Assembly (NCBI GenBank): GCA_038251535.1
Contig: JBBSBF010000004.1
Coordinates: 1-57,849, forward strand
Direction of reading: 5' to 3'
DNA length: 57,849 nucleotides
Origin: Minisyncoccia bacterium
Lineage (GTDB): Bacteria; Patescibacteriota; Minisyncoccia; Phycocordibacterales; UBA9973
A program made the translations under genes and the position numbers. Every line of letters begins with the position of its first letter. The stretch's first letter is position 1. The notes under the pieces are model-generated. The model ran no database searches. It had not been told where the DNA came from and was given only the letters and a program-made list of their open reading frames with translations. This document shows positions 37,673-46,741 of the stretch, piece after piece.

Positions 37673-37711
37673 ATATAAAAATATAGACCTTCGAGGTCTA
37701 TATTTTTATAT
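37673..37711. repeat. REP-like palindrome (right)
   Basis: ATATAAAAATATAGACCT-TCG-AGGTCTATATTTTTATAT, perfect 18-bp stem. Confidence 0.85.
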
Positions 37712-37712
37712 A

Positions 37713-37790
37713 TTACCTGTGTCTTAGAGAGACGGTCTTGCCTTCTTTTTTGCGCTTCTTTTTAGCGGCGATTTTGCGTTTCTTGTTCAT
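37713..37790 (-). CDS. 25-aa highly basic peptide (not in ORF track)
   Basis: MNKKRKIAAKKKRKKEGKTVSLRHR*; extended -10 TGCTATAGT about 11 nt upstream of the ATG. Confidence 0.55.
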   Translation of the reverse strand: MNKKRKIAAKKKRKKEGKTVSLRHR

Positions 37791-37869
37791 AAGTGAGAAT
37801 ACTATAGCATATGTTGGAAATAAAAAAAGCTCCGAAAAAATTCAGAGCTTTAAATGAGGTGTTGGAATT

Positions 37870-38211
37870 TTAATATGAGATTGTTTTCATAAATCCTACA
37901 AACTTTTCATCATCAAGTAAAATTTGAACATTATTTTTTTGCAGTTCATTACTTAGAAAATAAAATTCATTTTTTGTTGCGATAAAAACATTGAAGACTC
38001 CAGGATTATTATGCCAGACTTTAACAACGGCATTATCAAGTGACAAAGGGTACGAGTAGTATTTTTTAGCTTCTTCGTCTGGTATAATTTCAAACTTTGA
38101 ATCTTGATAGATCTTTAAAACAGACCTTGTCGGTGCATTTTTCATTTTTTGTGCACTCACAGTTATTATTGAAATTAAAAGACTGCAGATTAATAAGATT
38201 AATTTATTCAT
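37870..38211 (-). CDS. Hypothetical secreted protein (AT-rich)
   Basis: MNKLILLICSLLISIITVSAQ signal peptide; own promoter and terminator. Confidence 0.65.
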   Translation of the reverse strand: MNKLILLICSLLISIITVSAQKMKNAPTRSVLKIYQDSKFEIIPDEEAKKYYSYPLSLDNAVVKVWHNNPGVFNVFIATKNEFYFLSNELQKNNVQILLDDEKFVGFMKTISY

Positions 38212-38285
38212 ATTTTTATTTTTAATTGAAAAGATCAGATTTATTCCTATATAATAACACATATTATACGGTAAGTCAATACATC

Positions 38286-38311
38286 AAAAAGCCCTATTTC
38301 TAGGGCTTTTT
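38286..38311 (-). terminator. Intrinsic terminator of dnaK
   Basis: AAAAAGCCCTA-TTTC-TAGGGCTTTTT. Confidence 0.8.
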
Positions 38312-38335
38312 GAGAGATTTTTATTGGGATTTGTC

Positions 38336-40264
38336 TTATTCCTTAGGAGCTTCTGGTTCACCTGATTGCTCTGAACTTGTCGAATGAGTTGTATCAGTCG
38401 CTTCTGCATCTTTTGGAATCTCTTCGCTTTGTGGTTCTGCAGTAGTCGAAGTACTTTTGGCCATGTGTTCCCCTATCTTTTGAAGCTCGGTCGAGAGCGC
38501 GTGTATCGCTGTTTCAATAGCTCCCTTGTCTGTGCCGTCTTTTGCAGTCTTGAGTTCTGCAACTTTTGCCGTAACCGCACTCTTGATTTCTTCAGGGATT
38601 TTGTCCGCGTATTCGGTGAGGGACTTTTCGGCAGTGAATATATTCATTTCCGCTGAGTTTTTGACATCTACCAAGCCCTTCTTTTCTTCATCGTCCTTTG
38701 CATGGATCTCTGCGTCCTTTTTCATCTTTTCGATGTCGTCAGGAGTAAGTCCGCTTGATGATTCGATACGGATCGACTGCTCTTTGCCGGACGCCTTGTC
38801 CTTGGCCTTCACTGCGAGGATACCGTTTGAGTCGACATCAAAGGTAACTTCTACCTGTGGCATTCCGCGTGGTGCTGGTGGGATGCCGTCGAGGATAAAG
38901 CGTCCAAGGGATTTGTTGTCAGACGCCATTGGACGCTCTCCTTGAGTAATGTGGATCTCTACTGATGTTTGGTTGTCAGCAGCAGTCGAGAATATTTGAG
39001 ATTTGGATGAAGGGATCGTCGTGTTGCGTTCAACAAGTTTAGTTGCGACACCCCCCATAGTCTCGATACCAAGTGATAGCGGAATCACATCGAGTAAGAG
39101 CACATCGCGTACATCTCCTTGGAGCACTCCACCTTGCACTGCTGCACCAAGAGCGACGACTTCGTCAGGGTTGATAGAACGATTTGGTTCTTTGCCAAAA
39201 AGCTTTTTTACTTCCTCAACAATACGCGGCATACGAGTCTGTCCGCCGACGAGGATAACTTCGTTGATTTCAGAAATCTTGAACGGACTTGCCTCTACTG
39301 CACGTTTGGTGATCTCGATAGATCGAGTGATGAATTCATCTGCGATGCTTTCGAGTTGTGCACGAGTCATCTTGAGCAGCAAGTGTTGAGGCCCTGCATC
39401 AGTACTCGTGATGAACGGAATATTGATTTCTGTTTCAAGGGTAGTTGAGAGCTCGATCTTTGCTTTTTCGGCTGCTTCGTCGAGACGCTGACGAGCAAGT
39501 GGGTCCTTGAGTACGTCGACTCCTGACTGTTTTTTGAATTCCTCTGCGATCCAGTTCATGATCTTGAGATCGATGTCACGTCCTCCGAGGAGCGAGTCGC
39601 CGTCAGTTGATTTGACTTCAATGGACTGCTGGTCGTCTACATCAGACACCTCGAGGATCGATATATCAAAGGTTCCACCTCCGTAGTCATAGACTGCAAT
39701 CTTTTCGTTTTTCTTGCTGTTAAATCCATATGCAAGCGCTGCAGCAGTCGGTTCGTTGATGATGCGCTTCACATCGAGTCCTGCGATCGCACCGGCATCT
39801 TTGGTCGCCTTTCGTTGTGCATCGTTAAAGTACGCAGGGACGGTAATGATAGCCTCGGTAACTTTTTCACCAAGCTTTGCCTCAACGTCTGCCTTGATCT
39901 TTTGCAAAATCATAGCTGAGATTTCTTCCGGTCGATAGTCCTTATCGCCAAGTTTTACGAGCACGCCACCATCAGTGCCGTTTGAGACCTTGAATGCTGA
40001 GCTCTTGATGACCTTGTCCAGACCTTCATCACTTGCTTTGTGACCCATAAATCGCTTAATACCATAGATCGTGTTTTCAGGGTTAGTCACTGACTGTCGC
40101 TTGGCTAGTAGTCCGACGAGCCGGTCCCCATTTTTGCCCACTGCGACGATAGACGGAGTCGTGCGTGCTCCTTCGATGTTTTCGATGATTTTTGGCTGTC
40201 CACCTTCGATGATGGCGACAGCTGAGTTTGTAGTTCCGAGGTCGATTCCTATGATTTTTGCCAT
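38336..40264 (-). CDS. dnaK: Chaperone DnaK
   Basis: [39 protein letters not shown]. Confidence 0.98.
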   Translation of the reverse strand: MAKIIGIDLGTTNSAVAIIEGGQPKIIENIEGARTTPSIVAVGKNGDRLVGLLAKRQSVTNPENTIYGIKRFMGHKASDEGLDKVIKSSAFKVSNGTDGGVLVKLGDKDYRPEEISAMILQKIKADVEAKLGEKVTEAIITVPAYFNDAQRKATKDAGAIAGLDVKRIINEPTAAALAYGFNSKKNEKIAVYDYGGGTFDISILEVSDVDDQQSIEVKSTDGDSLLGGRDIDLKIMNWIAEEFKKQSGVDVLKDPLARQRLDEAAEKAKIELSTTLETEINIPFITSTDAGPQHLLLKMTRAQLESIADEFITRSIEITKRAVEASPFKISEINEVILVGGQTRMPRIVEEVKKLFGKEPNRSINPDEVVALGAAVQGGVLQGDVRDVLLLDVIPLSLGIETMGGVATKLVERNTTIPSSKSQIFSTAADNQTSVEIHITQGERPMASDNKSLGRFILDGIPPAPRGMPQVEVTFDVDSNGILAVKAKDKASGKEQSIRIESSSGLTPDDIEKMKKDAEIHAKDDEEKKGLVDVKNSAEMNIFTAEKSLTEYADKIPEEIKSAVTAKVAELKTAKDGTDKGAIETAIHALSTELQKIGEHMAKSTSTTAEPQSEEIPKDAEATDTTHSTSSEQSGEPEAPKE

Positions 40265-40352
40265 ATGTTAATTATTGTTTAAATACTTTAATAATAAAAT
40301 TTATAAGGGTAAGTTCAGAAATACAGAATGATTGATATGCAGAATTACTTGC

Positions 40353-40370
40353 ATTTCGCGATCACGAAAT
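40353..40370. promoter_or_regulatory. Near-perfect palindrome in the divergent dnaK/regulator promoter region
   Basis: ATTTCGCGATCACGAAAT, 16/18 self-complementary. Confidence 0.45.
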
Positions 40371-40407
40371 ACTTGTATAAAATATAGTATAGTGATATCG
40401 TTTTTAT

Positions 40408-40959
40408 ATGTCAAGAAAAATTGCAGAAAAAATTGGAGATAAAGTAGACTATTCCAAAAAAATCATCAAATTGCTCGCCGACAAGCCTGCAGTATCGATT
40501 GAACGGATTATGGAGTCTATGTCCTCACCCCACTCCGCAAAGGCTACAAGGGGCGCAGCACGCTCTCTCAAAGGATTGCATGACTCAGGACTCATCGAAC
40601 GACATCATTCGGGCCAGCAGGCCTATGCGCGCCTCACCAGCGACGGTCGCAAAAAAGCTCTTTCTATCAAACTCGACGCCAAAGACACCCTCGTTGACCC
40701 CACTTGGGATGGTAAATGGCGCATCATACTCCTTGACCTACCCGAAGAACGAAAAGCTGAACGTGAAGGGCTCAGATATTTATTAAAAAAGGCTGGGTTT
40801 GTGTGTCTCAAAAATTCGGTTTGGATATCGATGCATCCGTTCGAGCACTTCTTTGCAAGTATAAAAAAAGACCTCGGCTTGACGACCGAGATCATGATAT
40901 TTGTTACCACTACGTTGGATAAAAATACTGAAGAAGAGTTTTTGAAGTTGGCGAAATAA
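40408..40959 (+). CDS. PaaX-like transcriptional regulator (wHTH + Cas2-like domain)
   Basis: RLT..G, WDGKWRIILLDLPE..K..R..LR..LK..GF..L.NSVW. Confidence 0.85.
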   Translation: MSRKIAEKIGDKVDYSKKIIKLLADKPAVSIERIMESMSSPHSAKATRGAARSLKGLHDSGLIERHHSGQQAYARLTSDGRKKALSIKLDAKDTLVDPTWDGKWRIILLDLPEERKAEREGLRYLLKKAGFVCLKNSVWISMHPFEHFFASIKKDLGLTTEIMIFVTTTLDKNTEEEFLKLAK

Positions 40960-40980
40960 ATAAGCTAGAATTAACAGGTT

Positions 40981-41376
40981 CTAAAAATAAACTTTTGCAG
41001 GATAAATATTATACAAATAAAAGAAAATTTCCTGATGCATATAACTGTTACCATACCTCAATCTTATATTATCATCACCGTACTTCTTAATAATTAAATA
41101 TATATTTGGCCTACTAAATGGTTTTAACGAATTGATACTCTCTGTTCTTTTCCAATCAGGAAAAGCCTGACTGTCTCCGGGTGGAATCTCTGTGATATGT
41201 TCAGTTCCTCCTATCATAATAAAACCTAGAGCAATATAGGTAAGTTTAGTACTATACTGAGCACCACCTTTCCCTGCCCCCCAACCTGTTTTATCAGCAT
41301 TTAGCGTGATAGAAATAGGTAAAAATATTACAATAATTAAGAGAGTGAAAAGGATAATTTTCTTCTTTTTGTTCAT
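40981..41376 (-). CDS. Hypothetical membrane/secreted protein
   Basis: N-terminal basic + hydrophobic segment; 5 nt downstream of grpE. Confidence 0.55.
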   Translation of the reverse strand: MNKKKKIILFTLLIIVIFLPISITLNADKTGWGAGKGGAQYSTKLTYIALGFIMIGGTEHITEIPPGDSQAFPDWKRTESINSLKPFSRPNIYLIIKKYGDDNIRLRYGNSYMHQEIFFYLYNIYPAKVYF

Positions 41377-41381
41377 ATATT

Positions 41382-41984
41382 TTATATTTTTGTTTTAAAA
41401 ACTATCACCCTCGCTGGACGCAATATTGAATCGCCCAATTTATACCCTTGCTGCAAGACGTTTGCGGTTGTGTGATCGAGGTTTGAATCAGCAGTCTCTG
41501 CCTCAGAGACTGCTTCGTGAAGCATCGGATCAAAGGTATCTCCTACTTTGCCAAAAGCCTCCAAATCATGTTCCCCGAGAGCTGTCATAAGCTGGCTGTA
41601 GATATACTCGACGCCAGTGCGCCAGTTGGTATCAACTTTCTCCCACGCTTCTTTATTGGACATCGCCATCGAAAATGAATCAACGACTGGAAGCAGGTCT
41701 TCGACGAAACGCTGTGCAAAGTGGTCTCGGAATCGTTTCTTGTCTTCATCAGTCGTCTTTTGGAGATTGGCATAATCAGCCCGAGCTCGCTGCCAACCAT
41801 CCAGATATTCAGTCTTTTCTTTTTCCACAGCCTTGATTTTTTCTTGAAGTTTTTTGAGTTTTGCTGTACTTCCTCCTTCAAAACCTTCTTCATCTACTGG
41901 CTCCACCTCTCCATCAAACACGACATCCTCAGTATGTATTTCATCATCGACATCGTGAACAAAGTTGTTTTCATCATCTTTCAT
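41382..41984 (-). CDS. grpE: Nucleotide exchange factor GrpE
   Basis: QRARADYAN, LLPVVD, FDP.LHEAV, QQGY...LRPARV. Confidence 0.96.
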   Translation of the reverse strand: MKDDENNFVHDVDDEIHTEDVVFDGEVEPVDEEGFEGGSTAKLKKLQEKIKAVEKEKTEYLDGWQRARADYANLQKTTDEDKKRFRDHFAQRFVEDLLPVVDSFSMAMSNKEAWEKVDTNWRTGVEYIYSQLMTALGEHDLEAFGKVGDTFDPMLHEAVSEAETADSNLDHTTANVLQQGYKLGDSILRPARVIVFKTKI

Positions 41985-42092
41985 ATCCGTGCATTATACC
42001 CGCCCGTTTACATTTTTCAAGGTAAGCATTCAGGCAAGCAGAAAATTTGACAATAAAAAAGCCCTCATGGAAATACATGACGGCTCTTCAGT

Positions 42093-42587
42093 TTATACAA
42101 GTATGTATGAGTCAAACTCGTATATAAAATCAGGATGGCGTTCCCTAAGGTACAGATTACATTCACCATTATTATTTCTCCGCAACTCCAATTGATATCG
42201 AGTCTCATCATTGCTGCCTGCAAGTAGTATAAAGATACTCTCCTCTATATCAAGTACACTTTGTTGTGCAAAGTAGAGTGCGTAATCTAACGATTCCCAA
42301 ACCTTAAAAAGTTTTAATTGCTTTTGTTTTGCTTCACACTCCAGTAAATCTTGATAGGTTATCGGTCTATCCTTTAAGATAAATTGGTGCAAATAAGCAG
42401 TCGTTGCTTTTCTACCCTGCGCCTTAATATGTCCCAAAATGCTTCTGATTTTTGAATCAAAATATCCAAATTGATAATCAATAAGATCACAATAGTTGTA
42501 ACAGTCGAATGTACTTTGTAATTCCTTTGCCGTGCAACTGATTCCTGTATTTTTTATATTCGGTGAAGGAACATTTTTTTGTGTCAT
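42093..42587 (-). CDS. Hypothetical protein (AT-rich insert)
   Basis: 164-aa ORF with TTGACA-17-TAATTT upstream and a hairpin/T-run downstream. Confidence 0.6.
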   Translation of the reverse strand: MTQKNVPSPNIKNTGISCTAKELQSTFDCYNYCDLIDYQFGYFDSKIRSILGHIKAQGRKATTAYLHQFILKDRPITYQDLLECEAKQKQLKLFKVWESLDYALYFAQQSVLDIEESIFILLAGSNDETRYQLELRRNNNGECNLYLRERHPDFIYEFDSYILV

Positions 42588-42639
42588 AAGTTGTGGTTTT
42601 CCAATAAATTACTTGATATTTAGACTCCTGTCAATAATA

Positions 42640-42666
42640 CAAAAACTCCCTTTCGGGAGCGTTTGA
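42640..42666 (-). terminator. Terminator of rpsI
   Basis: CTCCC-TTTC-GGGAG stem with a T-run on the minus strand. Confidence 0.65.
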
Positions 42667-42669
42667 ATG

Positions 42670-43074
42670 TTATCGTTTTGACCACTGCGGTGCCTTGCGA
42701 GCTTTTTTGAGACCGAATTTGCGTCTTTCTTTGGAACGTGGATCACGCTTGAGAAATCCTGCTGCCTTGAGTTTAGTCTTGTCTCCCTCATCTTCTACGA
42801 CGAGTCCTCGAGCGATACCGTGTCGCACTGCTTCTGCTTGACCGTGAATACCTCCACCCATTACGCGTACCGTTACTGCATACTCAGTGCCCTTTTCAGT
42901 GTTTGCAAAAGGATCAGTAACGATCTTCTGGAGTTCTGCAGTAGGAAAATATGTCGCAAGCTCTTGATCGTTGATTAGATAACTTGCCTTTGTCGCAGGA
43001 GTAATGCGTACTCGCGCAGTTGCAGTTTTGCGTCGTCCGATGGTTTCTATGTATCTTTTCTTTGTCTTATCCAT
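42670..43074 (-). CDS. rpsI: 30S ribosomal protein S9
   Basis: GRRKTATARV, GGG..GQA.A, RDPR.KERRK.G, QWSKR. Confidence 0.97.
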   Translation of the reverse strand: MDKTKKRYIETIGRRKTATARVRITPATKASYLINDQELATYFPTAELQKIVTDPFANTEKGTEYAVTVRVMGGGIHGQAEAVRHGIARGLVVEDEGDKTKLKAAGFLKRDPRSKERRKFGLKKARKAPQWSKR

Positions 43075-43085
43075 AATTAAAATGA

Positions 43086-43430
43086 TTATTCGGTAATCGT
43101 GAGGTGCTTCATCATCTCTCGTTTGAGCTTGTTGTCTGGAAGCATTCCCTTCACTGCGATTGCAATGATTTCACCATGACCTTTTCGCCCTATCAGGTTT
43201 GACATTGTTTCAAGCTTGAGCCCACCTGGGTACCCTGAGTAGCTCTTGTATGTTTTTTCCAAAAGTTTTGCCGCACTCGTTTTGATCTTTGAAGCATTGG
43301 TTATCGTAACCGTGTTTGTAGAGATAGTATTGCGAGAAAAAGAAGTTTCGTTTTTGCCCATGAGAATACTCGCTACTTCTGTAGCAATACGTCCCACTGA
43401 TTTATTTGTTGCATCGATTGTGTAGTTCAT
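43086..43430 (-). CDS. rplM: 50S ribosomal protein L13 (short)
   Basis: IDA....GRIA, SGYPGGLK, AVKGMLP; start MNYTID. Confidence 0.95.
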   Translation of the reverse strand: MNYTIDATNKSVGRIATEVASILMGKNETSFSRNTISTNTVTITNASKIKTSAAKLLEKTYKSYSGYPGGLKLETMSNLIGRKGHGEIIAIAVKGMLPDNKLKREMMKHLTITE

Positions 43431-43437
43431 AAAAAAT

Positions 43438-43791
43438 TTAAAGCAGTTCAATCACCGCCATTGGTGAGCCATCGCTCTTGCGAGAAACTAACTTCGTAAT
43501 GCGAGTATACCCACCTGGACGCTCACTGTATTTTGGAGCGATATCATCGATCAGTTTACTCACGACGAACTCGTTGTTGTACAACCCTGCAAGCAAGTTA
43601 CGTCGGTGTGCCAACGTAGGAGTTTTTGCCTTGGTAATCATTTTTTCAACAGTTGGTCGGATCTCCTTTGCCTTTGCTTCCGTCGTCAAAATACGGCCAT
43701 GGGTAATCAACGAAGTAGCCAAGCCCTTCACCAGTGCAGTACGGGCATTTTTTTCTCGACCAAATTTTCTCACATTGTTATGATGGCGCAT
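43438..43791 (-). CDS. rplQ: 50S ribosomal protein L17
   Basis: MRH, TTEAKAKE, RPGGYTRI. Confidence 0.97.
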   Translation of the reverse strand: MRHHNNVRKFGREKNARTALVKGLATSLITHGRILTTEAKAKEIRPTVEKMITKAKTPTLAHRRNLLAGLYNNEFVVSKLIDDIAPKYSERPGGYTRITKLVSRKSDGSPMAVIELL

Positions 43792-43810
43792 GATAGTCTG
43801 TTATACCCTA

Positions 43811-44815
43811 TTATTCCTTTAAAGACAAGTCAAATGCTGCCAAAGCCTCTTTGATTTCAGTAATGCCTTTTTCTCCAATACCGTCAATCTCCAAAAGATC
43901 GTTCACGTGCTTTCGCGCAATGCCGCCGATGGTACGAATATTTGCAGCAGAGAGTGCGTTGAGTGTTCGTGTAGAGAGCCCGATTGAATCAATACGATTT
44001 TTCAATACGTCAGTAACATCGATATCATTTTCATCGTCTTCTTTTGATTGACCAGTAGCCTCTTCTACCATTGCCGGCATCTTTTTGACGGTTATCCGAG
44101 ATTGAACCTCTTTGACGATTTCTTCAGAACTAACCTCTATCATCGCTGCCAACTGTTCAATCATGGTATGTACTGACTGCTCAAGTGCAGCTCTCGGAGT
44201 GATACTTCCATCTGTTTCGATTGTCATACGGAGGCGGTTGAAGTTTGTTTTATCTCCAACACGCATTTCCTCAACATCGTAACTCACGCGACGAATAGGA
44301 GAAAAAATAGCATCCAAGAAAATGGTACCGATGTCTGCCTTTTGCTTGTGGTGCTGTTCGCGAGGAACAAACCCAAGACCACGTTCGATGGTAAGCTCTA
44401 GTGAAAAGCTGGTCTTTGTGGTTATTTCACAAATATATTGATTTGGATTGACGACTGAGGCTGCACCTTTTGCTTGTATGTCAGCTGCAGTGACTATTTT
44501 TGGACCCTTTACATTGAGCGTAACTTTTTGCGGTTCGTCAGTGGTTAGAGAAAATCTAACATTTTTAAGGTTGAGCAAGATAGTGATAACGTCTTCTTTG
44601 ATACCATCGATCGTTGAAAACTCATGGCTGACTCCCTCTATTTTAACTGCAGTAATAGCGTTTCCAGGGAGCGAAGAAAGGATGATGCGTCGCAAACTAT
44701 TGCCCAGTGTGTACCCATATCCTGGAACCAAACCTTCGATTTCAAATATTCCTTTGTGCCCCTCTTCAAGGGTTGCTTTTGGTTTTGATGGGAGAATGAT
44801 GTGTTGTTCGCTCAT
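43811..44815 (-). CDS. rpoA: RNA polymerase alpha subunit
   Basis: GYGYTLGNSLRRIILSSLPG, HEFS, DAIFSP, LSTRT.N.L. Confidence 0.97.
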   Translation of the reverse strand: MSEQHIILPSKPKATLEEGHKGIFEIEGLVPGYGYTLGNSLRRIILSSLPGNAITAVKIEGVSHEFSTIDGIKEDVITILLNLKNVRFSLTTDEPQKVTLNVKGPKIVTAADIQAKGAASVVNPNQYICEITTKTSFSLELTIERGLGFVPREQHHKQKADIGTIFLDAIFSPIRRVSYDVEEMRVGDKTNFNRLRMTIETDGSITPRAALEQSVHTMIEQLAAMIEVSSEEIVKEVQSRITVKKMPAMVEEATGQSKEDDENDIDVTDVLKNRIDSIGLSTRTLNALSAANIRTIGGIARKHVNDLLEIDGIGEKGITEIKEALAAFDLSLKE

Positions 44816-44876
44816 ATAAAAATATACTGTACCATTAATTTGTAAAACTTCCTAACCTGTGTTCTAACGTCGCCGG

Positions 44877-45482
44877 CTATCGACTGTAGAACTCAAGCAC
44901 CGTGTCTAACTGCAAGAACTGTTCGTCATTTTTTGGTTTCCCGGCTATCTCTGCCTGGAGAGATTCTGGGGTAAACTTTAGCCACTGTGGCCAAGTATAT
45001 GTCTTCATTTTAGGACCCATATCTTGGAAAATAACACTCTTGCGTGATCCTTCACGCACCGCAATCACATCTCCAACTCGAACTTCGAGTGAAGGGATCG
45101 TGACCTTGGTACCGTTGACGGTAAAGTGACCGTGAGAAACTAGTTGTCGAGCGAAACGTCGAGTAGGAGCAAATCCCAATCGATATACAACGTTGTCGAG
45201 ACGTGTTTCAAGTAGTTCGTACAGTTTGTCAGTTACCGTCATCCCTTTGACATGTGTCGCCTTTTCTACATAGGTACCAAGCTGACGCTCTGAAACTCCG
45301 TAAGAAAATCTCACTTTTTGCTTTTCGATCAACTGTCGTCCATAGTCAGAGAGCTGCTTTGGACGCTTGCCAGTACTACGAGTTTTTTTAGTTTCTGATT
45401 GTGTGTACTTTTGTGTTTGACACTTTTCAAACACTCCTGAACCCAACCGTCGACACATTTTGTATTTTGCTCCAATTTTCAT
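44877..45482 (-). CDS. rpsD: 30S ribosomal protein S4
   Basis: SDYG.QL.EKQK, LETRLDNVVYRLG, ARQLVSHGH, EFYSR. Confidence 0.97.
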   Translation of the reverse strand: MKIGAKYKMCRRLGSGVFEKCQTQKYTQSETKKTRSTGKRPKQLSDYGRQLIEKQKVRFSYGVSERQLGTYVEKATHVKGMTVTDKLYELLETRLDNVVYRLGFAPTRRFARQLVSHGHFTVNGTKVTIPSLEVRVGDVIAVREGSRKSVIFQDMGPKMKTYTWPQWLKFTPESLQAEIAGKPKNDEQFLQLDTVLEFYSR

Positions 45483-45488
45483 ATATGT

Positions 45489-45923
45489 TTATACTCTTCG
45501 TGGCTTTTTAGCCTTTGGTCCATTATGCGGTACTGGTGTACGGTCTTTTATCGACAAAAGTTCGATACCGCTACTAATAAATGCTCTCACTAACGGCTCT
45601 CTCCCCGAACCAACTCCTTTGATAACGACAGTGACCTCTTTAATGCCGGCAACAGTAGCTTTTTCAGAAAGCATTTCTCCTACTTTTGATGCAGCAAACG
45701 GTGTTCCCTTTTTTGCGCCTTTAAAGCCGAGAGATCCACTTGAAGACCAAAAAAGTACGTTGCCTTTTAGGTCACTTACCACCGCCTTGGTGTTGTTGAA
45801 CGTAGCTTCGATCGATAGCTTTGCAGAGGTTACCTTTTTCTTTGTAGTACGCGCAACTGCACGACCTCGCTTTTCTGCGTCGATCAACTGTCCTTCTTGA
45901 GTTGCAATTCGTTTTTTTCCCAT
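45489..45923 (-). CDS. rpsK: 30S ribosomal protein S11
   Basis: TFNNT, GFKG.KKGTPFAA, TPVPHNG. Confidence 0.97.
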   Translation of the reverse strand: MGKKRIATQEGQLIDAEKRGRAVARTTKKKVTSAKLSIEATFNNTKAVVSDLKGNVLFWSSSGSLGFKGAKKGTPFAASKVGEMLSEKATVAGIKEVTVVIKGVGSGREPLVRAFISSGIELLSIKDRTPVPHNGPKAKKPRRV

Positions 45924-45929
45924 AAATTA

Positions 45930-46310
45930 TTATGTCTTACTCTCCTTACGACGACCACTACCCATCGTGTTTCTGATATTACCTCGCACGGTACGAGAGT
46001 TCGTCTTTGTGCGCTGTCCATTGACTGGCAAACGACGCATATGTCGCAGGCCACGATAACTTTTAATGTCTTTGAGACGCTTTACATTTGATGCAATCTC
46101 TCGCTTGAGGTTTCCCTCTATAACTCGCTCTTCGATCAACTTTCTAATATCGTTTTCTTGATCAATAGAAATATCTGTTGGTTTGGTAGCAGTATCTACG
46201 CCGACAGTGTTGAGGATACGAGTTGCTGTAGTTCTCCCAATACCAAAAAGTGTGGTGAGTCCAACATCAAGTCTTTTTTCATTGGGGATAGTAATTCCTA
46301 AAATACGCAT
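45930..46310 (-). CDS. rpsM: 30S ribosomal protein S13
   Basis: YRGLRH...LPV.GQRTKTN.RT. Confidence 0.97.
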   Translation of the reverse strand: MRILGITIPNEKRLDVGLTTLFGIGRTTATRILNTVGVDTATKPTDISIDQENDIRKLIEERVIEGNLKREIASNVKRLKDIKSYRGLRHMRRLPVNGQRTKTNSRTVRGNIRNTMGSGRRKESKT

Positions 46311-46315
46311 ATTAA

Positions 46316-46426
46316 TTATTGTTTTTGTTTGTGTTTTGGGTTATCGCAAATAACGTGCAAGTGTCGGTTGCGTTTTACGATTTTGCATTTAGCGCACATT
46401 TTTTTGACCGTTGATCTGATTTTCAT
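46316..46426 (-). CDS. rpmJ: 50S ribosomal protein L36 (not in ORF track)
   Basis: [36 protein letters not shown]; lies between infA and rpsM. Confidence 0.96.
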   Translation of the reverse strand: MKIRSTVKKMCAKCKIVKRNRHLHVICDNPKHKQKQ

Positions 46427-46476
46427 ATTGATATGATTTGCGTACCCTCGTTTGTAGCGGGGAGAGTATACACCAG

Positions 46477-46686
46477 TTATGTTCTCCTGACAATACGTCC
46501 CTTACCCCCGTAGGGGTCGAGCACTACCTCTACCGTATCTCCAATAAGAACTTTGATCCGATGGAGTCGCATTTTGCCAGCAAGATACGCAACAATTACT
46601 TCACCATTTTCAAGTGTTACTCGAAACATCGTGTTAGGAAGTGCTTCTGATACCGTCGCTTTAACTGACTCTGCTGTTGTTGCCAT
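46477..46686 (-). CDS. infA: Translation initiation factor IF-1
   Basis: EALPN.MFRV.L, GKMR...I.V..GD.V. Confidence 0.96.
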   Translation of the reverse strand: MATTAESVKATVSEALPNTMFRVTLENGEVIVAYLAGKMRLHRIKVLIGDTVEVVLDPYGGKGRIVRRT

Positions 46687-46741
46687 GTGATACGAATAGT
46701 AATACTACTATAGCTTTATTGTGCGGTCAACCATTTTCCCC

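Larger units (their letters stand above)
36980..37711. mobile_element. RAYT/REP-like element: Y1 HUH transposase flanked by inverted palindromes
   Basis: Hairpins at 36980-37004 (loop CGA) and 37673-37711 (loop TCG) are reverse-complement copies bracketing the transposase. Confidence 0.8.

Noticed and set aside
40408-40959. CRISPR-Cas system suggested by the Cas2-like domain
   Set aside because: The domain is fused to a wHTH in PaaX-like form; no cas1, effector gene or repeat-spacer array is visible.
40265-42090. CIRCE element at dnaK/grpE
   Set aside because: TTAGCACTC-N9-GAGTGCTAA was not found.
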